Assembly: GCA_965219495.1 (NCBI GenBank)
Contig: OZ244777.1
Coordinates: 690,837 to 754,836, forward strand
Direction of reading: 5' to 3'
Source: Rhodobacterales bacterium
GTDB taxonomy: Bacteria > Pseudomonadota > Alphaproteobacteria > Rhodobacterales > CAZPXZ01
DNA length: 64,000 nt
A program made the position numbers and the translations under genes. The notes under the pieces were generated by a model. It was not told where the DNA came from, made no database searches, and saw only the letters and a list, made by a program, of their open reading frames with translations. Shown in pieces: positions 40,878 through 49,556 of this stretch (its first letter is position 1; each line of letters begins with the position of its first letter).

Positions 40878-41337
40878 GATCACTTGCCCCGGGCGCGGAA
40901 TTTGTCGTATACGACGAACCGACATCGTCCCCCGATATTTCTGTGTGGACGAAAGTCCTGAATCTGATGCGAGACTAGCAGGAACGATTCGAACTCACGT
41001 ATCTCTTCATCAACCACAAATTCACAGTCGTCCGCCACGTGGCGAAACGCATTGGCGTCATGTACGTCGGGTACGTTTGGAAATCGACAACGCCCGATCG
41101 CTCTTTCGCTCTCCCCGTCATCCGTATACGCGCATGCTGCTCGACGCCGTACCGGACATCACGATGCGAAATCGCCCTGACCGCGAAATCACTGGGGAAA
41201 TTCCCAACCCCATCGATCCTCCGAAGGGGTACCCGTTCCACCCTCGTTGTCCGCTCGCTTTCGACCGGTGCCGCGTCGAAATGCCGAGGCTTGTCAGCGG
41301 AGTGGCCTGCCACGCAGTTCATGAGGGCAAGCACTGA
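40878..41337 (+). pseudogene. ABC peptide ATPase (DppF/OppF-like), 3' part
   Basis: ...RSLAPGAEFVVYDEPTSS.DISV..KVLNLM (Walker B), LTYLFINHKFTVVRHVAKRIGVMYVG, then frame-shifted LFRSPRHPYTRMLLDAVP...PPKGYPFHPRCPLAFDRC...VACH. Confidence 0.65.
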
Positions 41338-41746
41338 TTCTTGCTGCGCTGCCAAACAAGGATCAGGGGTTGCCCGGATCCCGAAAGACCCAGGTGAATT
41401 AGAACTAGAATACCCTTTTGTACTGAGTGTTATCATTGATTATTTATGTTCTACATGAACATTCAACCGCCTCTCGGACCTTTGTGCGAAGGCGCTCCGG
41501 CCGTCAGGTTCGGTTTCATCGAATGACGGAATACGTTTTCGAATTGCAAAGCGTATTAGGAGGCAGCGCCTTGCAATTCTTGGCAATACCAACTCGAATT
41601 CTGGTGCCGCTTCGGTATACTCCCTTTCCTGCGAATGCCTTGACAGGAGAGGTAGGGGATCCTGTGGAACGCATTGGGAAGACCGCGGCAAGGATGATCA
41701 GTCCGGCCGCGGGGGAAATGTCCCTCAGCCCATAGGACGAACCGAC

Positions 41747-42727
41747 TTGCGCGACCGCTTTTTTGAACCGGTATCCGGTCTGGAAATTCCCAGATTTGCA
41801 GGTGTGCCTACGTTCATGCGCCTGCCTCACACACCGCCGGACCACGCGCGCTTCTCTGACGTGGAAGTCGGTCTGGTTGGCGTGCCGTGGGACGGCGGCA
41901 CAACGAACCGGCCGGGCGCCCGCCATGGCCCGCGCCATCTCCGCGACGCATCCACCATGGTGCGAAGGCTTCACCCGGCAACTGGCCAAGATCCATTCCT
42001 GACGGCCGCCTGTGCGGACCTTGGCGATGTCGGGGTCAATCCGGCCAATGTTGACGACACGCTGGAGAGGGTCACGAAGTTCTATCGCGAACTTTCTGAA
42101 TCGGGAATCTTTCCGTTGAGCGCGGGAGGGGACCATCTGGTTTCCCTTCCGGTATTGCGCGCGCTTGCCGCGGACCGGCCGCTAGGAATGATTCACTTCG
42201 ACGCACACACGGATCTGTTCGAAGGATATTTCGGCGGCTTTCGATTCACGCATGGTACGCCGTTCAGGCGAGCGGTCGAGGAAGGTCTTCTCGATCCGAA
42301 ACGCGTTGTTCAGATCGGAATTCGTGGCACTTGCTACGATCTGGACGATGTTCAATGGGGAACGGAACGGGGTGTCCGCATAGTTCGCATCGAAGAATTT
42401 CGGGAGAAGGGTGGCGCCAGAATCATGGAAGAAGCGCGGACCATCGTCGGCTGCGAGCCGATTTACGTCAGCTTTGATATCGACGTTCTGGACCCCTCTT
42501 GCGCACCCGGAACCGGAACACCGGAAATCGGGGGACTGAACACATACGAAGCCCAGGAACTGATCCGCGATCTTCATGGCCTCGACATCGTGGCAGCAGA
42601 CCTTGTCGAGGTTTCGCCTCCATTCGACTCCGCCGGGATTACCGCCTTTGCCGGAGCGTCGCTAATGTTCGAACTCTTGTGCCCGATCACGGAATCCGTA
42701 TCCGCGCGGCGAATCAGACAGGTCTGA
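41747..42727 (+). CDS. ureohydrolase (agmatinase / guanidinobutyrase family)
   Basis: GVPWDGGTTNRPGARHGP, SAGGDHLVSLP, IHFDAHTDL, VSFDIDVLDPSCAPGTGTPE, DLVEVSPPFD show the Mn-binding arginase-fold motifs. The start is TTG 41747. Confidence 0.85.
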   Translation: MRDRFFEPVSGLEIPRFAGVPTFMRLPHTPPDHARFSDVEVGLVGVPWDGGTTNRPGARHGPRHLRDASTMVRRLHPATGQDPFLTAACADLGDVGVNPANVDDTLERVTKFYRELSESGIFPLSAGGDHLVSLPVLRALAADRPLGMIHFDAHTDLFEGYFGGFRFTHGTPFRRAVEEGLLDPKRVVQIGIRGTCYDLDDVQWGTERGVRIVRIEEFREKGGARIMEEARTIVGCEPIYVSFDIDVLDPSCAPGTGTPEIGGLNTYEAQELIRDLHGLDIVAADLVEVSPPFDSAGITAFAGASLMFELLCPITESVSARRIRQV

Positions 42728-42733
42728 TTGAAA

Positions 42734-43450
42734 ATGCGCTTTCTCGTCTTTCAACACATTGCCTGCGAACATCCAGGGTCGTTTCGCGAGTTCATGGTAG
42801 AAGCAGGGGTTAATTGGGACCCGGTGGAACTTGATGAAGGAGAGCCCATTCCCAGCCTCGAAGGGTACGATGCGTTGATCGTCATGGGCGGTCCCATGGA
42901 TGTCTGGGACACCGAGGATTACCCGTGGCTGATCGCGGAAAAGGATGCGATCCGGCACTGGGTGCGGAACCTTGCCCGTCCTTTCCTCGGCGTGTGTCTG
43001 GGCCATCAGTTGCTGGCAGACGCGCTCGGCGGATCGTGCCGAAAAATGGAAACGCCCGATGTCGGGATCACCGAAATTGCGTTGACCCCAAGCGGACAAA
43101 CGGATCCGCTATTCTCTGGCCTCGAACCGGTAACTCCTACGCTGCAATGGCACGGCGTCGAAGTCGCGGACTTGCCGCCAAACTCCGCCGTCCTGGCAAA
43201 ATCGCAACAATGCAGCGTTGAAGCGTTCTGCGTAGCCGGCAACGCCTACGGAATTCAGGGGCACGCCGAAGTAACACCAAGCACGGTTCGCGAATGGGGT
43301 GAAGTTCCGGCGTACTCGCGTGCGCTGCAAAGCACCCTGGGTCCCGGCGCGCTTGCGCAATTCGACCAGCGCTGCGCCGCCTCCATGCATGCGTTCCGTG
43401 ACACGGCGCGAAAGATCTTTGCCAACTTCCTGTCCATAGCACAAGACTAA
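42734..43450 (+). CDS. class-I glutamine amidotransferase-like protein
   Basis: FLVFQHIACEHPG, LIVMGGPM, PFLGVCLGHQLLA (nucleophile elbow), IQGHAE. ATG 42734 is preferred over TTG 42728. Confidence 0.8.
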   Translation: MRFLVFQHIACEHPGSFREFMVEAGVNWDPVELDEGEPIPSLEGYDALIVMGGPMDVWDTEDYPWLIAEKDAIRHWVRNLARPFLGVCLGHQLLADALGGSCRKMETPDVGITEIALTPSGQTDPLFSGLEPVTPTLQWHGVEVADLPPNSAVLAKSQQCSVEAFCVAGNAYGIQGHAEVTPSTVREWGEVPAYSRALQSTLGPGALAQFDQRCAASMHAFRDTARKIFANFLSIAQD

Positions 43451-43462
43451 GCTCCTTCCGAC

Positions 43463-45058
43463 ATGGTCATGCGTTCCTATCCAGTATTCCCACGTTCTAC
43501 GGCGCTTGCGAAACATGGAATGGCGGCGACCTCGCATCCCGCAGCAAGCCTCGCCGCGATCGACATGCTTCGGGCAGGCGGCAACGCGATGGATGCGGCA
43601 ATCGCCGCTTCCGCAGTTCTGGGTGTCGTGGAACCGATGTCCACCGGGATCGGCGGAGATGCCTTCTGCCTTTATGCACCCGCGGGGGCGGAGCAACCGG
43701 TTGCCTTCAATGGTTCCGGACGTGCGCCTGGCAGGATCAGCCCTGAACGGCTGCTTTCCAACGGCATGTTGGAAATCACTCCGGAAAGTCCGCATGCAGT
43801 TACGATTCCGGGGGCCGTAGACGCCTATTGCAGGCTCCTGCACGATCATGGACGACTGGATATCGCTGAAGTTCTGGAGCCCGCCATCAAGTGCGCCGAG
43901 GAAGGATTTGCCGTAACACCGGTCATCGCCCGGGCCTGGGCGGGATCGACCCAGAGGCTGCAGGCAGATGCAGGGGCCAAGTCGATCTTCCTGCGCGACG
44001 GCACGGCTCCGAATGCGGGTGATATGCACAGCCAGCCGGAACTCGCCGCCACACTTCGAGAAATTGCGTCGAAGGGGAAGGTCGGTTTCTACGAAGGACG
44101 GGTTGCGGAGGAACTGGTCGAATGCCTGGCGACGCGGGGCGGCATGCACTCCTTGGAGGATTTTGCGAACGCGGCGGGGGAGTACGTATCACCCGTTTCG
44201 ACAACACTCGCCGGTTACCAGGTGTTCGAGTGTCCCCCGAATGGGCAGGGAATAATTGCGCTTCTCATGCTCAACATTCTTACCGGCTTCGATCTCTCCG
44301 AAATGGACCCGCTCGGTGCGGACCGGCTGCACCTGACCCTCGAAGCCGGGCGCTTTGCATTTCGCGACCGGGAACTTTACCTGGCGGATCCCGATCATGC
44401 GGAGGTACCAACCAGCGCACTCCTGTCGGAGGATTATGCTGCCCGAATTCGGGAGCGTATTTCTCTCGGCCGAGCCGTTGGGAGTTTGCCGGATACCAGC
44501 CTGCCAGTTCATCGGGACACCGTATACATTTCGGTAGTCGATCAGGAGAGAAACGCTGCAAGTTTCATCAGTTCGCTCTACTACGCTTTCGGTTCGAGCA
44601 TTGTGGCTCCGCAGTCCGGAGTCGCCCTCCACTGCCGCGGCGTGGGTTTCGTTCTGAAACCAGGGCATCGCAATTGTCTCGCACCTGGAAAGCGCCCGAT
44701 GCACACCATCATTCCCGGCATGCTCTACAGGGAGGGACGAGCCGTCATGCCGTTTGGAGTCATGGGGGCAGATTACCAGCCCTGGGGACATGTACAGTTA
44801 CTTCACAACCTGTTGCTGTATGGAATGAACCCTCAGGAGGCGCTTGACTTGCCCCGATTCACACATGATGGCGGAGTTGCAATTGTCGAAGACGGCGTAC
44901 CGGACGCCGTCGCAATTGAGCTGGCGCGGCGAGGCCATACGGTGGCTACGGCGGTAGAGCCGCTGGGGGGAGGGCAGGCAATTCTGATCGACTGGGAGCG
45001 CGGAACTCTCGCCGGTGGATCTGAACCTCGCAAGGACGGTATCGCGCTTGGCTATTGA
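43463..45058 (+). CDS. gamma-glutamyltransferase family protein
   Basis: GMAATSHPAASLAAIDMLRAGGNAMDAAIA, GIGGDAF, DTVYISVVDQERNAAS (Thr nucleophile), MPFGVMGADYQ. Confidence 0.85.
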   Translation: MVMRSYPVFPRSTALAKHGMAATSHPAASLAAIDMLRAGGNAMDAAIAASAVLGVVEPMSTGIGGDAFCLYAPAGAEQPVAFNGSGRAPGRISPERLLSNGMLEITPESPHAVTIPGAVDAYCRLLHDHGRLDIAEVLEPAIKCAEEGFAVTPVIARAWAGSTQRLQADAGAKSIFLRDGTAPNAGDMHSQPELAATLREIASKGKVGFYEGRVAEELVECLATRGGMHSLEDFANAAGEYVSPVSTTLAGYQVFECPPNGQGIIALLMLNILTGFDLSEMDPLGADRLHLTLEAGRFAFRDRELYLADPDHAEVPTSALLSEDYAARIRERISLGRAVGSLPDTSLPVHRDTVYISVVDQERNAASFISSLYYAFGSSIVAPQSGVALHCRGVGFVLKPGHRNCLAPGKRPMHTIIPGMLYREGRAVMPFGVMGADYQPWGHVQLLHNLLLYGMNPQEALDLPRFTHDGGVAIVEDGVPDAVAIELARRGHTVATAVEPLGGGQAILIDWERGTLAGGSEPRKDGIALGY

Positions 45059-45246
45059 AATCCTGATCAAGATCGCTTCGGAAACGCCAACGCCGTCATC
45101 CTCAGTCTCGCTGGCCGCCCGGCCCGTAAGCGGGTGAAGACCCCGTCCGGGCGTCGGGCAACCGGACCCAGATGATCGGATCACGACGCCGTTTCGTCCC
45201 TCGACAAGCTTGTTGCTCAATTGCGTGTGCGCTCGCTTCGTGACGG

Positions 45247-45275
45247 TTGACTCGGCCGGCATCTTACACTATGCT
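45247..45275 (+). promoter_or_regulatory. candidate sigma-70 promoter upstream of the imelysin cluster
   Basis: TTGACT, then a 17-nt spacer, then TATGCT, about 90 nt upstream of ATG 45366. Sequence match only. Confidence 0.3.
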
Positions 45276-45365
45276 ATCGGTAACAGGCGCTGCGAGCGCG
45301 CCTTCCCGACAACTGTGCAGCTTGCCACCGGACTTGTGACGGTGAGCACAAGGGAGATTCCAACC

Positions 45366-46625
45366 ATGAGAAAGTTACTGCTCGCGGCAGGCCTACTGGT
45401 CCTGCCGTTCGCCGCCACTGCGGATGCGCAGGAGCGGGAAGTGCTAACGCATTACACGGCAATCGCTCACGCCATTTACGAGGACTCGCTGACCGCAGCG
45501 CACGATTTGGGCGATGCCGTTGATCAATTCCTCGCCAAGCCAACGGAAGAAAACCTGGCCATCGCGCAGACCGCATGGAGGGCTGCACGTGTTCCATACC
45601 AGCAGAGCGAGGTCTATCGATTTAGCAATGCGGTCGTTGACGACTGGGAAGGCAAGGTAAACGCATGGCCCCTTGACGAGGGTTTGATAGATTATGTTGC
45701 GGCGAGCTACGGAGAACAATCGGAAGAGAATCCAGGATACACCGCAAACGTCATTGCCAGCGCGAACTTCAGTTTTTCCGGCCGAGAAATCGATGCCAGT
45801 GTCATTTCCAAGGAATTCCTGTCCGACACGCTTCACGAACTGGGCGGAGTAGAGGCCAACGTCGCAACCGGCTACCACGCCATAGAATTCCTGCTGTGGG
45901 GACAAGACCTGAACGGAACATGAGCCGGCGCCGGCGAACGTCCGGCGAGTGACTTCGACTTGGCGAACTGTTCTTCGGGCAATTGCGATCGCAGGGCTGC
46001 TTACTTGATGGCGGCTACGGATCTCCTGATCGACGATCTGGAATGGATAACCGCTCAGTGGGCGCCTGAAGGCGATGCGCGCGAAGGATTGCTTGCCGGC
46101 GACATCGTTGCAGGTCTTTCCGCCATTGTGACGGGAATGGGCAGCTTGTCTTACGGCGAACTCGCCGGAGAACGCATGCAGCTTGGGCTGCTGCTGAACG
46201 ATCCGGAGGAAGAACACGACTGCTTCAGCGATAACACGCATTTCTCTCACTATTACGACGCGCTCGGCATCCGAAATGTCTATCTCGGAGAATATCGACG
46301 GATAGATGGTTCGGTAGTATCGGGACCGGGGCTGTCGAGCCTCGTCGCCGCCGCTGCGGCGGATGTGGACAATGCCTTGCGTGGTCAGCTCGATGCTACG
46401 ATCTCGGCCATGGATGAAATCGTGGCAGCAGCAGAGGGTGGAGAAGCGTATGATCAGATGATCGGCGATGGCAATGCGGCGGGCAACGCCCGGGTGCAGG
46501 CTGCGATCGACGGCCTCACGGCGCAAACTCGTGAAATCGAAAATGTGGTTGCCGCCCTTCAACTGGATGCGATCGAATTCGAAGGCTCCGATAGCCTGGA
46601 CGATCCCGAGGCGGTGTTCCAGTAG
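45366..46625 (+). pseudogene. imelysin (peptidase M75, IrpA-like) interrupted by one in-frame TGA
   Basis: The signal peptide is MRKLLLAAGLLVLPFAATADA. The GYHAIEFLLWGQDLNGT(TGA 45921-45923)AGAGERPASDF sequence continues in the same frame to 46625. The ORF track shows the two halves as 45210..45923 and 45960..46625. Confidence 0.8.
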
Positions 46626-46875
46626 GCTAACGTGAAGGTTATCGGCGAGTCCGCCCGACTCTCCGCCTCAGCCTGCCCGGTGGCAGGTTTGAGTGTCGTT
46701 GCCGGGCTCGCCGTGGCCACCATCTGCAAAAGACAATTCTTCGCAATTCGAATTGCCATCGTTCCGAGTTGATTGAGATTTCGATATTTCAACGCTGCCC
46801 TTTTGCGTGGATGCGCTTCGTGGAGGGAGGTGTGAATTGAAACTGCTCCGGTCGGGAACCCGTAGGTGTTCTTTC

Positions 46876-47049
46876 GTGAAGTGCTTATTCGGATTCGTGG
46901 GACTGTCCGCCGTTGCCACTTGCTCTTGGGTTTCCTCGTTCGCCGTGCTCGTGGCGGAAACGGAAAGTGAATGGGCGCGAATTGAGCGAGTCACACGTCC
47001 CACGACATCCTTTTCCCAGGTTGAACGATTTGAACTCCGGCCTGGCGGC
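46876..47049 (+). pseudogene. DUF1111 di-haem oxidoreductase-like gene, 5' fragment
   Basis: VKCLFGFVGLSAVATCSWVSSFAVLVAE is signal-like. ...RPTTSFSQVERFELRPGG ends exactly at the IS target duplication. The start is uncertain (GTG 46876, or 46807). Confidence 0.65.
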
Positions 47050-49556
47050 CTGCCCATTAGTCAGTTTTTAACTGGACGTATCCAATTGTACAGCGGGCTT
47101 TCCTCGCCATTCTTGATCAGGCGCTCCATTGCCTGCGTCGCGACAGCCAGGCGGGTGTAGCCTTCCCAGATCACCTGATGACCGGGTGGTGCGTCATGCT
47201 TCCGGTTGAGGTAGCCGCCCAGCCGCGCGATCAGCAGGATCGCGCAGCCAAGCGACAGCGGTGGAACCTCCCGGCCTTTGGCAACCGCCGTTGGAGCGCG
47301 GTCGCCGGGTTGCGCGGCAGTCGAGGGAAGAGCAATCCCGCGTTCGATCGCAAAATCGCACAACACCGCGATTTCAACCTTCGAGAACATGGTTTCGGCA
47401 AGCAGTTCCGGGGTCTCGCGCCCGAGCAGGGTCAGCGCGGCCAGCCGGTAGGCGATGATCGCGTTGATGGTGACCGCGCGCTTGATCCGTTCCGCTGTCG
47501 TATGGGCAATCTTCTCGACATCGCAACCGCTCTTGAGGATCCGGTGATAGTCCTCGATGCGCCAGCGAAGGCCATACAGATCCACCACCTCCCGGGCCTG
47601 TTGGTCGGTCGTCACCGACACGGTGGTGATCAAGAGCCATTCGATCCCCTCCGCGCCTTTCGGCGGTTCCGCCTCGTGCACATGGACCACCGACAGCGGC
47701 GCCGGCGCCGCGCCAAGGCGCGCTTTCTGTTTCGCCGGCATCGGCATCTCGATGCGCTCCCAGCGCAGCGCGACGCGCGCCAGGCGCGCCTCGCGGCCCG
47801 CGAACGCTTTCTGACCGCGCGCCGCCTTGCGCGCAGAGGCCCGGTCAACCTTGACCTCCAGCGCCGCCCGAACCGGCGTCGCACGCATCGTCGCGAACAG
47901 CTTGCCGCCATCGCCGAGAACACGGTCGTGCTTCGCCCGCACGAGCAGCGCCGCGCCACCCTCATCGCGATGCGCCGCGAACAGTTCAGCCAAGTCACCC
48001 TCGCGATCCATGACCGAAATCACCCGCGTATCCGCGAGATCCGCCACCAGCGCATTGGTGTCGCGCCAGCCCCGCAGCCAGCGCTGCGTCTTCTTCTCCG
48101 CCGCCGGCTTGTTCTTGTCCGACTTCCCGTCCGGGGCATCGAATTCGATGCGCGGGATGCCGAGCGGCACCCCCTCCGCGTTCACTGCAAAGGTCGTGTG
48201 CATATGCAGCCCCAACGTGCCCGAAGCCCCCTTGTTCTTCGAGATCACCCCGAGACCCGAACAGCCATGATGGGTCGCGAAGTTCAGGTCGCTGCCGTCC
48301 TGGATGCAAAGCACCGTCGGGTGTCCCCGCATGCGACGCAGCGTCCGCCCCCGGTGCGTCGCCAGCATCGCCTCCGGCGTCAACGCCGACTCGTCAGGCC
48401 GCTCGATCATTCGATAATATCCCTGCACCGCCGCCGCATCGCCACAGGCGGCGGAAAAGAACGTCTTCGCCGGCGCCGCCGCCTGGATTGCGGCGCTTTT
48501 CACCAGCCGCTTGCACAGCGCCGCATTGCCGACCGGCGCAGCGCCGAATTCATTTGCCGCCCAGTTCTCCCGGTCCAGCCCGTCACCCGGGCCAAGTACC
48601 CGCGGGGTCGGCCGCGGCGGCGCAGCGCCCAGCCCGGCAACCCCCAACTGCCGTCGCCAGTTCCGGGCCAGCGGGTACATGTAGATCGCCTTCGCCGGCA
48701 CGCGGGCGCCCGCCGCAGCGCGCCGGCCGCGGCCCGCCGTCTCGCCGACATAGGTCCAGTTCGCCGCCCGCAGGCTGACCCCGCTCTGTCCCGGCCCGAC
48801 AAAGGTCTCGACCAGAAGCGGTGCGACACCATAGCGCGCCGCGTAGTCACCGGCCATCGCACGCAGGCACAGGCTGAGCGCCTTCGAGGCCAGGTTCCGG
48901 CACCCGGTCCCGGGACGGACAAGAAAACGTGACAGCCCCACTACCCGGTCAAGATGCGCCTCGCGGCGGCCCGCGTCCCATCCGATCCAGCGGTCGCGCG
49001 GCTGCAGCGCCAGCGCCGAGGCGGCGAACAGGCAGCCGCCGAGCCAGCCGTGCTCCGAGCCGATCAGATACCGAAGCTGCCGCCCCACATGCACAACCGC
49101 CCCCTGCGGATGTTCCCGCCGCATCATCTCGTTGAACCGGCGCCGATCCGCTTCCTCATCGACCCGCAGCGCCACAAGACCGTCGATCCGGTCGACACGA
49201 TCCGGAACATCGACCGCCGCCGGAACCGGCTCGGCCAAGCCTTGCGCCGTCCGCCCGACACCGGAACCGGGACCTGGCGGCGGCAGCACAATACCCCCCG
49301 CACGCTCAAGCTCCCGCAGCGCCGACAGGCATCCCGCCTCCTGCAGCCGGCCACGCGGATCGCGGAAATCGAAACGCGCGCAAACCTCGCGCACCAAAGC
49401 CGAGCGACCGGAAAACACATCCGGCGCCGGAAGCGCCGCCAATGTCTCCCGTCCTGCTTCCGAAAACAGGGTGCGGCGAATCAAATTCTGTGCAAGCATG
49501 CACCCTGATAACAGGTGAATTAAAAAAAGTCCAGCAGCAAAAAGCGCAATGGGCAG
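47050..49556 (-). mobile_element. IS4-family (Tn5/IS50-like) insertion sequence, 2507 bp, encoding a DUF4338-transposase fusion
   Basis: 28-bp imperfect IRs starting with CTG: CTGCCCATTAGTCAGTTTTTAACTGGAC (47050-47077) versus the reverse complement of 49529-49556, CTGCCCATTGCGCTTTTTGCTGCTGGAC (19/28). An 8-bp direct repeat CTGGCGGC lies at 47042-47049 and 49557-49564. Confidence 0.85.
47061..49499 (-). CDS. DUF4338 (DruA-type) domain fused to a Tn5-like DDE transposase, 812 aa, uninterrupted
   Basis: The N-terminal ~340 aa read LRELERAGGIVLPPP, HVGRQLRYLIGSEHGWLGGCLFAASALALQPRDRWIGW, VVGLSRFLVRP, NLASKALSL, LLVETFV...SLRAANWTYVGETAGRGR. The C-terminal ~465 aa read FGAAPVGNAALCKRLVKSAA, YYRMIERPD, VLCIQDGSDLNF, VMDREGD, YGLRWRIEDYHRILKSGC. 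The start is set at ATG 49499, inside the IS; the track ORF extends to 49613 only because there is no stop. Confidence 0.8.
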   Translation of the reverse strand: MLAQNLIRRTLFSEAGRETLAALPAPDVFSGRSALVREVCARFDFRDPRGRLQEAGCLSALRELERAGGIVLPPPGPGSGVGRTAQGLAEPVPAAVDVPDRVDRIDGLVALRVDEEADRRRFNEMMRREHPQGAVVHVGRQLRYLIGSEHGWLGGCLFAASALALQPRDRWIGWDAGRREAHLDRVVGLSRFLVRPGTGCRNLASKALSLCLRAMAGDYAARYGVAPLLVETFVGPGQSGVSLRAANWTYVGETAGRGRRAAAGARVPAKAIYMYPLARNWRRQLGVAGLGAAPPRPTPRVLGPGDGLDRENWAANEFGAAPVGNAALCKRLVKSAAIQAAAPAKTFFSAACGDAAAVQGYYRMIERPDESALTPEAMLATHRGRTLRRMRGHPTVLCIQDGSDLNFATHHGCSGLGVISKNKGASGTLGLHMHTTFAVNAEGVPLGIPRIEFDAPDGKSDKNKPAAEKKTQRWLRGWRDTNALVADLADTRVISVMDREGDLAELFAAHRDEGGAALLVRAKHDRVLGDGGKLFATMRATPVRAALEVKVDRASARKAARGQKAFAGREARLARVALRWERIEMPMPAKQKARLGAAPAPLSVVHVHEAEPPKGAEGIEWLLITTVSVTTDQQAREVVDLYGLRWRIEDYHRILKSGCDVEKIAHTTAERIKRAVTINAIIAYRLAALTLLGRETPELLAETMFSKVEIAVLCDFAIERGIALPSTAAQPGDRAPTAVAKGREVPPLSLGCAILLIARLGGYLNRKHDAPPGHQVIWEGYTRLAVATQAMERLIKNGEESPLYNWIRPVKN

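Noticed and set aside
45921-45923. TGA reassignment (Gly, Trp or Sec) as the explanation for the in-frame TGA codons at 45921, 24257 and 6436.
   Set aside because: Many conserved genes in this same window terminate at TGA at the expected length: folK, thyX, adhC, the ferredoxin, the MFS at 13082, the SBP and the IS transposases. Other in-frame stops here are TAG and TAA, and I did not identify a SECIS-like context by eye. Ordinary nonsense mutations fit better.
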